From the IMG/VR virus record IMGVR_UViG_3300028591_000080, positions 31,745-95,744 of that record: a stretch of 64,000 bases of DNA. The stretch is one strand, 5' to 3'. A program made the translations under genes and the position numbers. The number at the start of each line of letters is the position of its first letter. Positions within the stretch are counted from its first letter, which is position 1. This document shows, piece after piece, positions 11,477-22,389 of this stretch. Source of the DNA: a virus. Lineage: Duplodnaviria > Heunggongvirae > Uroviricota > Caudoviricetes. A model generated the notes under the pieces. It made no database searches and was not told the DNA's origin. It was given only the letters and a program-made list of their open reading frames with translations.

Positions 11477-11513
11477 AATATTCTCCAATCTGGATATATT
11501 ATATATTATATAT

Positions 11514-11522
11514 ATAATACAA
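11514..11522 (-). promoter_or_regulatory. TTGTATTAT motif (second promoter class)
   Basis: Recurrent 9-mer, here 38 nt upstream of the terminase start. Confidence 0.5.
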
Positions 11523-11528
11523 TATTAA

Positions 11529-13061
11529 CTATACTGGTTGTTCTTCATCTTCTTTAGGAGGTTCAATAGGTTTTGAAGCTTCTTTATCAGCTTTTTCAGA
11601 TTCTTTTTGAGCAAGTTTATTAGCTCTTTCTGTCTCTTTAACAGCTTTTTGTAAATTCTTTTTATTTGGATCAACTTGTTGTTTAGTATTTTCTTCTTTT
11701 TGTTCAGCTTCAAGCTTATCAGCGTAAACAGGGTTAATATTAGAACCTTTTTGGAATTTACCTCTATTTTTACCATACTCATTAATAGCATCAATAAAGC
11801 TTTCATTTGAATCTAAACAATCTTGTAATGTTTCTTTATCTAATAAATCTTGATCAACCATTTCATCACTAGTAATTCCATATAATTTAGGGAATATTAA
11901 TTTTAAGAATAATTTTTGAGACTTTTCTGACATATAATGAATATAGTTATTAATAACTGAAGCAACTTTTAAAATTCAATCTCCATTATTTAAAACTAAT
12001 AAAGAGTGTTTACAACCACGACCTTGATCATCATTTGGATTTGCAATTCCTTTACCTTGTCCTGGGTCATGTGCTGAATCTAAAGTAGAAACACCTCTTA
12101 TAATATTCCAATGTGAAAAATGATATTTATGATCTGGACATGTACAATTTATTTGTAAATCAGCACTATTAAAAATTTTAGTTAATGCTTGAACAACAAT
12201 TTTATATTCTAATTTGAATTTATTATTTTTTAAAATTTTTGCTAGTTCAGCAATAACTCCATCCATTCTAACTGTAACTAAATATTCATCTGATTCTCCA
12301 ATTACAGGAATTTCTACCTCTAAAACATCATTTTTAAATAATTGATTCATATCAATTTTATTATATTGTTTTACTGTTCTTGCAATTTTTGATAATTTCT
12401 TTCGTTCAAATCTATTTTTTCCATATTTTTGATTTTTATATGGACCAGCATTTCTTGAAGTTGAAACTAATTGCATTCTAGTATCTTCGGTGAAAAATTG
12501 TTTAAATAAATCTCTTTCACCTTCTTTATGAATTTCAATTTTCTTACATTCAATAATTTCAAGATTTTTTGTTAATAAAATATAAAAATCTGAAGTACCA
12601 ACAGAATATTGAATAGCATTAATTCCTAATTTATTTAAATAAATTGATAAATATTCGAACCAAGCTTTATTTCTCTTACTATCGTTTACATCAAAAGCAT
12701 CGATTAGCTTATACATATCAATTAATTGTTCAATTTGAACGTTTTGTAATTGAGGTGCATTTAATATATCACAATTAGCATTTTGAAATTCATCATTATT
12801 TAAATTAATTCCATAGCTATTTAATATTTTATTAATAATATTTTTAGCTGACCAATCAAATAAATCAGAAGAGAAAATTAATGGATTAATATTAAAATCT
12901 AATGTAAATGCATAAGCACTTCCGATAGGAATATTTAAATTGTCTCTTTTTTGAAAATAATCGACAGCATCTAAATCAGAAGTAAAATGTGTAGTTGTAA
13001 AATCTAAATTTAAAATATCTTCTTCATTATTTATCCAAGAATATAACTGAATAAGTGCCAT
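11529..13061 (-). CDS. SWIM-type Zn-finger protein; 1 in-frame TGA at 11976
   Basis: CTCPD...GCKH motif. NNGD-TGA-ILKVASVINNYIHY continues in frame into 11529..11933. GGAG RBS before ATG 13061. Confidence 0.75.
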
Positions 13062-13180
13062 ATAATTCTCCACTAGACATCAAAAATTTACGCTCAGGAA
13101 GCGTTTTAATGTTTATTTGAATATTCATATATAAACGGTAAAAAACGCATTTTTACGTAATAAAATATTAATCGATCAGA

Positions 13181-13190
13181 TAATTTAGCA
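13181..13190 (-). promoter_or_regulatory. TGCTAAATTA motif (putative late promoter)
   Basis: Exact copy after a terminator and upstream of the SWIM gene. Confidence 0.6.
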
Positions 13191-13210
13191 ATAAGATAAC
13201 ATAAAAATAA

Positions 13211-13240
13211 AAAAAAAGATAATAGCTGAGCTATTATCTT
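13211..13240 (-). terminator. Intrinsic terminator
   Basis: AAGATAATAGC-tga-GCTATTATCTT hairpin with an adjacent A-tract, which is a U-tract on the minus strand. Confidence 0.75.
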
Positions 13241-13869
13241 CTGTATTGTGCTTTAAACTTTTCTAATTCCATTAATTCTTCTTGAGACATCTCGAAATCT
13301 GAATCTGGGAAGTCTGGAACATCATAAGTATCTGAATTAGATTGAACTGGAGCATCATAATAACTATCTAATCCACCAGCAGTTACAGCTTGTTGATTAT
13401 AACTTTCATTCATTCTTTGTTGATTTTGTGGAGCAAATACTGCATCACTCCATAAATCATCATCTAATTGAGGAGCTCTAGTTTGTTGAGGCTGAGGTTG
13501 AACTCTTTGAACTTGTGGTTGAGGATTTCTATTTACAGGTCTTTGTTTGACTTGAGGTTGAACAGGTTGTGGTCTTTGAACTTGTGTTCTTTGTAAAACA
13601 CTTTCATTTACCTTCTTTACTTCTGGTTCTTTTCTAACAATTTCAACATTTGAACCAATAGATTTTAATTTATTTTCAAAAGTACCTACTAAAATTAAAT
13701 AAGTATCAATTAAATCATTTAATACTTCTTCAACATCTTTTGTATCTGAGTACTCAGCTTTAATTCCATCAATATCAGCTTTTAATGTAGCAATTCTATC
13801 CCAAGCGTCTGAAATATATGTAGATAGGAAAATCTCTGGAAGTTTTTGTTTCTTTTCATTTAAAATCAT
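13234..13869 (-). CDS. Hypothetical protein with Q/P-rich linker
   Basis: 211 aa, AGGAG RBS, TTGTATTAT at 13902-13910. Confidence 0.75.
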   Translation of the reverse strand: MILNEKKQKLPEIFLSTYISDAWDRIATLKADIDGIKAEYSDTKDVEEVLNDLIDTYLILVGTFENKLKSIGSNVEIVRKEPEVKKVNESVLQRTQVQRPQPVQPQVKQRPVNRNPQPQVQRVQPQPQQTRAPQLDDDLWSDAVFAPQNQQRMNESYNQQAVTAGGLDSYYDAPVQSNSDTYDVPDFPDSDFEMSQEELMELEKFKAQYRR

Positions 13870-13918
13870 TTAAATTTCTCCTAATTATATCAATATATAA
13901 TATAATACAACTTTTTAA

Positions 13919-15268
13919 TTAGTTTTCTAAATTTTCTAATGATAGTTCTTTAGATAATACTTCGTTTTTTAAATCTTTTAATTTATCTAAATAACCTCTA
14001 TTTCTAAATTCTTTAAAACATAAATTTTCTAAAGAATATTCACCATTTTCATCACTCATACCTTTTTTACGTTCTTCATAGATATCTGTAATTAGCTGTT
14101 CAATTTCTTCAACAGATGGATTTTCAAGAATTTCTTTATATCTATTTTCATAAGGTTTAACTAATTCTTCAACTTGATCGAAATCTATATCTGGAATCTT
14201 AGCTTGAACTGGGTGAACAATCCAATCATTATCTTTTACAGAATAAATACCATTACTTCTTAATGGAGTATCATCTGTTTCAACATAAACTTCAACTGGA
14301 ATTCCATAGAAACTAATGTCCATCTTTCTATTAAATAAAGATTTATAAGCACCATATAATAATGGATATAAATCGTCTGGACAATCTAAATCATCAGTAT
14401 TAGCAATAATATGAATATCTAAATCTGAGTCTTTAGTATAATTATAACTTACATTAGAACCAACTAAAATAATATCTTCAACATCAATCTTAATTCCATC
14501 TTCTTCTAGATCAGATAAAAAATATTCAACAATTAAATTAATTTTATCTAAAACTTCATCTTTTAATTTTTCATCTTCATTAAATAATTTTGGATTTAAT
14601 GTTTCATGTTTTTCAATATCTTCATCTAATTGGTCTGATTTACCTTCCAATTGATCAGTCATGAATTTATGATTTTCTTGTCATTCATCTTCACTAAAAT
14701 CAACTTTATAATCAAACATTAAAGACTTAATTTGATATAAATATAAATTAAATAAATTTAATAGCGATTCTTTTACGCTATCATCTTGAGTTGTCTCAAT
14801 TTGTTTTCTTAATCCATATAATTTTGATTTAGCATTATTTTTGTCAATAAAAATTAAATCTTCATTTAATTTATCATTTAATTCATCGTGATCTTTTGGA
14901 TTAAATAATGTTATTTCAACATCAAATACATCATCGATAGTATCTAAAGAAAAATCAGTAGCAACTGGAGCTCAACCAGTATTTTCTTCTAATTCTTTAA
15001 ATATTACACTTAAATCTTTAAAATAATTAGACCAAGTACCACAGCCATTTAAACCACCACCAAGTCTAAATACATAGCGCTCAGTTTCGTGGTCTACAGT
15101 TCCTGGCTCACCTTTTTCTTTATAATATTTAATAGAATCTTCATCATATAAAACATAGTTAGAAGTTTTTTTTGCAGTTGGAGTTTTTAATTTTAATATT
15201 TCTTTTTTAATTTTCTCGATATTATCTTCTGGAGCGAGCTCTTCAAATAAATTTCTGAAAATATCCAT
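13919..15268 (-). CDS. Pol-beta-family nucleotidyltransferase-domain protein; 2 in-frame TGA (14972, 14681)
   Basis: 'ILVGSNVSYNYTKDSDLDIHI' is a GS...DxD motif. Three segments are in one frame; 449 aa. Confidence 0.78.
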
Positions 15269-15292
15269 AATGCACTCCTAAATATTTGTTAA

Positions 15293-17179
15293 TTATTCTT
15301 CATCTTCATCTTTTTTATCGTAATAACTATTTAATCCTTGCATTCTTGCTGGAATAACAAATTTTAAATTACATTCATCACAGCAATATCCATGTTTATA
15401 TGGTTCTGCATTATTTCCATAACCTTTATAAGGTTCACCACAAATACAACAAATTTGTTCTTCATTTGCATCTTCAAATAATTTACGATCACCTTCATAA
15501 GTATCAAAAGATAAATTAAATGGATCTTCATATTTTACTTCAAATCCTTCTGTAATCTTTAACTTATCTATATTTGGATATAGAGCAATGCCACCCCATG
15601 TTCCACGATAATAAATATCGCCCCAAGGATCTTTACCTACTTCAGTAATAGTTCCTTCTTTACCAGCATAATCATCAGCAGCTGGATCGTTTGGATCAAT
15701 TGAAATTATTGTAACTTTCTTTCCAACTAAATCTTCCATATTATCTTCCTTTGATTCAACGAATGTGTTTTGAGTCATTCTATCGTCATAATTTTGATCG
15801 AATTCTGACTTTGTAATTTGATCTGGTGATTTTCCTAATTTAGGACGTTCTTCTTCATGTTTAATGAATAAGTCATAATCCATTACTAATACACCATTTT
15901 TATCTCTTAATGCATGCTCATCATATGTATAAATAATATCATCATTACTTAGCTTTTGTACATCATCATGGTCATCTAAATTCTTTAAAGTATACACAGA
16001 ACAGTTCTCACCAGCATCAGCTACATCTATTAAAGCTTTTAATACGTCTTTCTTATTTGCACAGAAAATATTTTGAGGTCTAATATAATATCTCTTAGTT
16101 TCACGTTTTTCTTCTAAATCTTGATCTAGATCTTCTTTAATATATTTAACAACAGGAGCACCATATGTAACATTCTTAGTTGATAAATAATAAATTTGGT
16201 TTGAATATAATGCTCTTACTCTAGGTTTAGCAATAACTCCACCTTTATCTAATTTAGAACGAGTTTCTAAATTATCTTCTTGGTCAAACTCAACAGCAGA
16301 AATAGTTTGTTCATCTTTAGCAATTTCATCTAAAACTTTACGTTTTAATTTTTCCATATTCCAACGATTAGATTTTTTATCTAGTTTTTCAGCAGTAGAA
16401 AGAACTAATTGAACTAATTGATCTCTACCAATTTGTTTAAAGTTTGGCCATTCTTGTCCTTTAATAGTTAATTTAAACCAATAACAAACTCTTGGTTTAC
16501 TTCCAATTGTTGGATAGAATAAAATTGTTCTAAAATCTGTAGTTTTATTAACTTTATCATCTCTTTGAACTAATTTACCAACTGAATAATAATCAGCCGA
16601 GAAGTCACCTTCTCTATTAGCACCTGGTTGATAATCTAGATGTGTACCTTTGTCATTATCTAATTGAGCAACTTTTTTAGCTACCGCTAATCTAGCATCT
16701 CTATTATTATCTAAGTCAGCTCTTGCTTCAATATAATCTATTCCAGTATATCCAACTAATTCTGTTGTTTTTACAATTTTAAATAAATCAACTAATTCTT
16801 TATATAAATATAATGGTCTAACATAACCAACTTTAAATTCTTCTTCGATTTCCAATCCAATTAAAGCATCTTCAATTTGCTTCTGATCAAGAATCTTTAC
16901 TTCATCTGGAATTTCAAAGTCACCTTGAACATGTACTGCATTACTATATGCAGTTGCTTCATTTAATCCTTCAGCCATTCCACCGTTTCCACCATCACCA
17001 GTTGATGGAGTAGCAGTTGTTTCACTAGTAGTTGTATATGTTGTTGTATCTACATTTGTTTCATTATTTGAATCATCATCTGGAAGTATAGCATCTTTAT
17101 TAAATTGGTTCATATTTAAAGATAAATTTCCAGTAGTATATGTACAATTAGAATATTTTTTCTTTTTACGTTCTGCCAT
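15293..17179 (-). CDS. Multidomain protein with DUF4314-like domain and C-terminal Zn finger
   Basis: 628 aa. 'GKKVTIISIDPNDP...GTITEVG' and 'CCICG...GYGNNAEP...CCDECN'. Confidence 0.7.
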   Translation of the reverse strand: MAERKKKKYSNCTYTTGNLSLNMNQFNKDAILPDDDSNNETNVDTTTYTTTSETTATPSTGDGGNGGMAEGLNEATAYSNAVHVQGDFEIPDEVKILDQKQIEDALIGLEIEEEFKVGYVRPLYLYKELVDLFKIVKTTELVGYTGIDYIEARADLDNNRDARLAVAKKVAQLDNDKGTHLDYQPGANREGDFSADYYSVGKLVQRDDKVNKTTDFRTILFYPTIGSKPRVCYWFKLTIKGQEWPNFKQIGRDQLVQLVLSTAEKLDKKSNRWNMEKLKRKVLDEIAKDEQTISAVEFDQEDNLETRSKLDKGGVIAKPRVRALYSNQIYYLSTKNVTYGAPVVKYIKEDLDQDLEEKRETKRYYIRPQNIFCANKKDVLKALIDVADAGENCSVYTLKNLDDHDDVQKLSNDDIIYTYDEHALRDKNGVLVMDYDLFIKHEEERPKLGKSPDQITKSEFDQNYDDRMTQNTFVESKEDNMEDLVGKKVTIISIDPNDPAADDYAGKEGTITEVGKDPWGDIYYRGTWGGIALYPNIDKLKITEGFEVKYEDPFNLSFDTYEGDRKLFEDANEEQICCICGEPYKGYGNNAEPYKHGYCCDECNLKFVIPARMQGLNSYYDKKDEDEE

Positions 17180-17213
17180 TATAATTCTCCTAATTAATTT
17201 TTAAGATTAAAAA

Positions 17214-17264
17214 ATCTGTATAAGCGTATTTATGAAAGGAATAAGTTAATACGCTTATACAGAT
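17214..17264. repeat. 17-bp perfect inverted repeat with 17-nt loop
   Basis: ATCTGTATAAGCGTATT (17214-17230) and AATACGCTTATACAGAT (17248-17264). Confidence 0.85.
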
Positions 17265-17273
17265 AATTTAGCA
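17264..17273 (-). promoter_or_regulatory. TGCTAAATTA motif (putative late promoter)
   Basis: Exact copy upstream of 15293..17179. Confidence 0.6.
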
Positions 17274-17293
17274 ATAATTATTTAATTTTTTTA

Positions 17294-19411
17294 TTAATCT
17301 AATGAATATTGTTTATTCCAAAGTGCACCATGTAAGTACTTACATAACTTGTCTGAACTATCTCCACCTTTCCATACCCAGAAGACAGCACCTTCTAGTT
17401 CAAGAGTTGGATAACTTGTTTTTTCATAATCTTGTAAATCACTATCTGTTACAATCATAACATTAGTAAATGTACTATTTCTAATTTGTGTGTATATTTC
17501 TGGCCAAGCGCTAGTTCCACCACTACCTTCATTTTTTGGAGTATCGTAAACTGAACTATCGAAATATTTATACTCTAAATCTAGAAGTCCATCATCTTGA
17601 TAAGCTTTTAATCCAGAACATAAAGCTCGTGCTTTATCAAAGTCTTCTTTATGCCAAGAACCAGATTGGTCAATATAAACTCTCATATATGGTTTCTTAT
17701 CATCAAGTCTACGTTTATCTTGGTGACCTTTTCTAATCATATTATTATCTTCAGCATGTCTATTCATAATTCTATATGATTTTATAGAAAGCTTATACTT
17801 TTCTACTTGCATTCCGATAAGTTTTTCGATATCACGTTTTAATTCAGCTGCAGTATAAACTGCTTGATATGCATCAGCTGAATTAGACTTCTTTTGAGCA
17901 CCAGAGTTCTTAATAATTTCTTTTTCTTCTTGATCGATTTCCATATTAGCAAATGGATCATTATTTAAAGCTGTTACTACAGAACCTCTCTTCTCTAAAT
18001 CTTTACTTATAGAGATTTGTAATATTTGACTTAGATCATTAATTCCTTGAAGAAGAATATCTTCAACTTTATCTGAATCCTCATATACATGATTTTCAGC
18101 ATCTTTTAAATCTTCTAAATCTTTCTTTAATCTATCTTTAGTTGATTTATCTAGTTTCTTATCAAATTTATTATTTTCTAAAACTTTTGAAATATGCTTT
18201 TGAAGTCTGTTTATTCTTCTCAATCTATCTTTAGCTTTAGCTTCATTTTTTTCACTAGGTAATTCTAGAGTATCATCATCTGCTGAATTGTCTTTTGGTG
18301 TATTTTCTTTTTCTTTATCGTTTGACTTTTCACCATTTTGATCTTGTGGATCTTTATTAGCTTTTGAATCTGAAGATTTATTATCTTTATCTGATTTATT
18401 TTTATCTGATTTTGTTTGACTAGACTTATTATCGCTGTCGTTACCTACTTCAAAATTATTTTCGTCACTATCAGATCCTGCCTGATGTTCTTTAGAATCT
18501 TGATCAGAGTCTGAACTACTATCTGAACTACTTTGACTACTTGAAGAAGAATCTCCACTTTGATCTTCTGAATCATCTGAGTCTTTAGAATCACCATTCT
18601 TTCCTTTTTGATTTTGGTTATCATCTGAATTATCTTCAGAATCTTCACCATCATCTAATCCACCAAATTCATTATCATTATCTTCATCACCTAAATCATC
18701 TAAATCCAAATCATCAATGTCAGTATTATCTAGGTCGTCTAAATCATCCAAATCGTCCTTATTTTGATTTTTACCTTTACCATTAGAATTATTATCTTGG
18801 TCCTCTAAATCGTCTAAATCTGAGTCATCTAGGTTATCTAAATCTGAATCATCAAAGTCATCTAGATCGTCTAAATCGTCTAGATCGTTTCCGTTTCTAT
18901 TCTTTGGAGGCTTTCTATTATTTGAATTGTCAAGATTATCTAAATCATCTTCATCTTCAAAGTCACCACCATCATCTGATCCGCCATTATTTTCATCTGA
19001 TTGATCATCTTTTTTATTCTTTTTATTCTTTGATTGACTGCTACCACTATTTCCACCATTATTGCTGTCATCATCGTCGTCATCATCATTTTCTTCTTTA
19101 GATGGAGTATCACCAAGGTCGATTTGTTTTTGTTTTTTCATTAAGTCTTCTGGATCATCAAAATCCATCGACATTCCAGCTCCACTTTGATTATCTGGAC
19201 TTAATACTGGTAAGTCAGGATCTATCTCCATTGGTGGTAAATCATCTGGCATTGGAGGCATTGCACCTCCACTAGCACCTTCCATACCATCACCTTTAGG
19301 TTGCTTTTTTTGTAATATTTGAACTAATGCATCTGCATATCCTTGTAATGCATCAAAAGTTCCAACTGTTGCTTCGTTATCTACTTTCTTTAATAAATCA
19401 TCTTTTTTCAT
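17294..19411 (-). CDS. vWA (MIDAS) domain protein with long D/N/S-rich disordered region
   Basis: C-terminal 'VYIDQSGS', 'GGT' and 'IVTD' MIDAS elements; DDLDDLD repeats. Confidence 0.8.
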   Translation of the reverse strand: MKKDDLLKKVDNEATVGTFDALQGYADALVQILQKKQPKGDGMEGASGGAMPPMPDDLPPMEIDPDLPVLSPDNQSGAGMSMDFDDPEDLMKKQKQIDLGDTPSKEENDDDDDDDSNNGGNSGSSQSKNKKNKKDDQSDENNGGSDDGGDFEDEDDLDNLDNSNNRKPPKNRNGNDLDDLDDLDDFDDSDLDNLDDSDLDDLEDQDNNSNGKGKNQNKDDLDDLDDLDNTDIDDLDLDDLGDEDNDNEFGGLDDGEDSEDNSDDNQNQKGKNGDSKDSDDSEDQSGDSSSSSQSSSDSSSDSDQDSKEHQAGSDSDENNFEVGNDSDNKSSQTKSDKNKSDKDNKSSDSKANKDPQDQNGEKSNDKEKENTPKDNSADDDTLELPSEKNEAKAKDRLRRINRLQKHISKVLENNKFDKKLDKSTKDRLKKDLEDLKDAENHVYEDSDKVEDILLQGINDLSQILQISISKDLEKRGSVVTALNNDPFANMEIDQEEKEIIKNSGAQKKSNSADAYQAVYTAAELKRDIEKLIGMQVEKYKLSIKSYRIMNRHAEDNNMIRKGHQDKRRLDDKKPYMRVYIDQSGSWHKEDFDKARALCSGLKAYQDDGLLDLEYKYFDSSVYDTPKNEGSGGTSAWPEIYTQIRNSTFTNVMIVTDSDLQDYEKTSYPTLELEGAVFWVWKGGDSSDKLCKYLHGALWNKQYSLD

Positions 19412-20643
19412 TAAATAGCTCCATATCTCATCTCATAGTCTTCTTTAGAAAGAGTTCCATAAGAAGTTTTATTTGCAATAACATTTGATGCAGCGATTCG
19501 ATTTAAAATCTCTTCTAAATCTTTTGAAGAAAGATTCTTATAAATATCTTTAACGTTATTCATAATTTCATTATAAGCATTCTTATATTCTTGAGTGTGG
19601 AATTTTCTTTGAACGTCTACAACAGGTTTTTCAGCGATATTACCTAATAAGTATTTAATAATAGATGCAGTAATAGATTTTTGTTCTGGAGAAGTAATAT
19701 AGATTTTTTCTGATTTACCATCAACTAAAATTTCTCCAAAATATAATTTATCTGTTAATTTAGACTCACCAATTTTTCTTAAAGCACTTTTTAATTGGTC
19801 ATCTGACTTATCCTTTAATACCTCAAGAATTCTATTTATAATAATTTGTGTTCTTCTATATTTTACACCTAATGAACGATAATATTTTGATTTCTTTATT
19901 TGTTCAATACCATGAGCTCCAGATTTATCTTTTGTACCAAATGTTGATGTTGGAGCATCAATTCTAGCATAAGATGAATTTTTAAAATAAGATCTATCTA
20001 TCATGTTTTTTGGAGCTGCATTTTTAATATTATTAAGTACGTTTTGTCTAACTTGTTCTAACTCTTGTAAACTTTTTTCATACATTTCTTCAAGAGTTAA
20101 TTTCATCCAAGATTCTCTATGGTCTTCTGTAACTAATCCGCTAATAGTTTTACCATTTAAAACCATATAACGAACAGTATTTTTATCGATCTGTGAATAT
20201 CTAAAATTAGAAATTTCATCATCCATAATTATATTTAAAAAATCTTGAAACGAATTACTATTTGCTAAGTCTTTTCAAGAATTAGTACCTTTAACTTTTT
20301 TTGCACTTGCATTAAGTTTATTAATCATTCTTAATTGATGCATCATTAGATTATGAGATAATTCATGTCTAAGAAGTACATCTAATTGGTCAAAAGTTTG
20401 AGGATTCGTTAAGAATCCTCTACTTATGTAAATGACTGGTTTTGTTACATCTGTTGAAATTGCAGCAGTAAAATCTGGATCATCTTGAATTTCAACGATA
20501 TTTAAATCATAATAAAGTAAACGTTTAGCAAACTTACTATGTTTTTTATTAATTAATAATTTAATTATCTGATTTTTCCAAGTTTTTTCTTCTTGAGTCA
20601 TATAATCAGTTGCAGATTCACGTAGATTATTAAGTTTATGCAT
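19411..20643 (-). CDS. HExxH metallopeptidase (DUF2201-like); 1 in-frame TGA at 20275
   Basis: 'LLRHELSHNLMMH', then after the TGA 'NIIMDDEISN', in frame with 19411..20226. 410 aa. Confidence 0.75.
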
Positions 20644-20673
20644 ATAATCTCCTTATATTGCAATTAAATTTAA

Positions 20674-22380
20674 TTACATTTTAATATTATCTATACTATT
20701 GTTAATTGCATTTGTAATTGCATCTAATTCTTGTGTGTTAACTGCATTACCAGTTGCTGAATCTGTACTACTGTCATTAGCGAATAAATCATTATCTATT
20801 TCTTCACCATTTTCTGCTTGTTTTACTAAATCATCAAATTCAGTAGCAACATTATCATCATTGAATTCATCTTCAACTTCGTCTGGATTAACGTCATCGT
20901 CATCAATAGCTTGATCTAATTGAGAAATATCACCATAACCAGGAATATTTACTGGAGGTTGTTTATAATCTTTTAAAAGTTTTTCAAGCATATCTTTATC
21001 TTTATCTAAGATGTTTGACCAGTCTCTTAAATCATCTTCAGCTTGGTCAGGTAAATCTACAAGATTTAACGGAGCAATCTTACCAATATAATCTAAGATT
21101 TGTTGAGCCATTGTTGCTTCTGGGTGATATACTAATGATGCAATTAATTGAGTTAATAATCTTTGATTAAACATTGTTTTATCACCATTATATAGGTCTT
21201 GTAAATCATCCTTAGTATCAAATCTAAAATCTGGAGAAGTAGTTAAATAAATTGCTATGTGTTTTTGTAAGAATGTTGTAGCATATACCCAAGCATAAGC
21301 TGGATCTGCTTCAGAAGTATCTTGATTTGCATCAGTAATTGCTTTTAACTCTTTATCAAAATACCATTTAAAATATGATGCTGCAGCTTTTGGAGATGAG
21401 TCAAATACTACTCTACGTAAGAATCTACTCATTTCAGCATCATTTAACTTAGCAGCACCTTTATCTTGAGGTACAGCTGGGTTAATAGCTGCTACTGTAA
21501 ATAACATATTTTTAAAGAAATGATATCCTTGTTTCTTTTCAGTATCAACTTGTCCACCAACTTGACCATAAATACAGTGTTCACCAATTAATGTTAAAAG
21601 TGAAGCTCTGATTTGGTCATCAGTTTGTCTATTATATTCATCTAAGAATAAGATTGAATTTGGTTCTTCAAGTGGAGCTAATAATTTAGAATAAGCCATA
21701 ACAATTGAGTTCTTATCACTATCATTACTTAAATCTCTCATTACAGCACCATTAATTGCTAATTCTAGATCTGGGTCCTTTGCATTAACAGCAACTAGGT
21801 TAACACCATTAGCCTCAGCCCAAGCTTTAATAGTAGCAGTTTTACCACCACCAGGAAGACCTTCAACTAATATATTGAAATCACGTGCAAAGTTTGCGTC
21901 TGGTTGTTTCTTAACTCTTTGTTTAATTGCTGCGATTTTTGAATCTCTTAATGAACGATTTAAAACAGAATAAACAGCATTCTTAGGTAAATTTCCACCT
22001 TTAAGATCTAATAAATTTTGAAGATCAATAACTTGTCTTACTTTTGAAGGTTTTGAAGGTTTTTTAGTTGTACCTACAACGTCACCTGAAGGTAATGTTT
22101 TTGTATTATCAACTTTAGTTTCAGCTGGCTTTGGTTGTTCTTGTTTAGGTTGAGGAGCTGGTTGTTGTTTAGATTGAGGTTGAGGCGCTGGTTGTTCTTT
22201 TGGAGCAACCTTTTGAGTTTTTTCTTCATCACCATCTAAATCATCTAATCCATCTAAATCAGCATCATCGAAATCGATATCATCTAAATCTAGGTTATCT
22301 AAATCTAGATCGTCATCATCACCATCTGCTTCTCTTAATGGTTTTAAATTTTCAATAATTTTTGTCTTCTTAATTTTCAT
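20674..22380 (-). CDS. MoxR/dynein-related AAA+ ATPase with acidic termini
   Basis: Walker A GLPGGGKT, Walker B ILFLDEYNR, 'VAAINP' and Arg finger 'MSRF'. Confidence 0.85.
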   Translation of the reverse strand: MKIKKTKIIENLKPLREADGDDDDLDLDNLDLDDIDFDDADLDGLDDLDGDEEKTQKVAPKEQPAPQPQSKQQPAPQPKQEQPKPAETKVDNTKTLPSGDVVGTTKKPSKPSKVRQVIDLQNLLDLKGGNLPKNAVYSVLNRSLRDSKIAAIKQRVKKQPDANFARDFNILVEGLPGGGKTATIKAWAEANGVNLVAVNAKDPDLELAINGAVMRDLSNDSDKNSIVMAYSKLLAPLEEPNSILFLDEYNRQTDDQIRASLLTLIGEHCIYGQVGGQVDTEKKQGYHFFKNMLFTVAAINPAVPQDKGAAKLNDAEMSRFLRRVVFDSSPKAAASYFKWYFDKELKAITDANQDTSEADPAYAWVYATTFLQKHIAIYLTTSPDFRFDTKDDLQDLYNGDKTMFNQRLLTQLIASLVYHPEATMAQQILDYIGKIAPLNLVDLPDQAEDDLRDWSNILDKDKDMLEKLLKDYKQPPVNIPGYGDISQLDQAIDDDDVNPDEVEDEFNDDNVATEFDDLVKQAENGEEIDNDLFANDSSTDSATGNAVNTQELDAITNAINNSIDNIKM

Positions 22381-22389
22381 TTCTAACTC

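Noticed and set aside
18400-19100. Tandem DNA repeat array in the vWA gene
   Set aside because: The repeats are degenerate at third codon positions and reflect DDLD/SD low-complexity protein sequence, not a DNA-level element.
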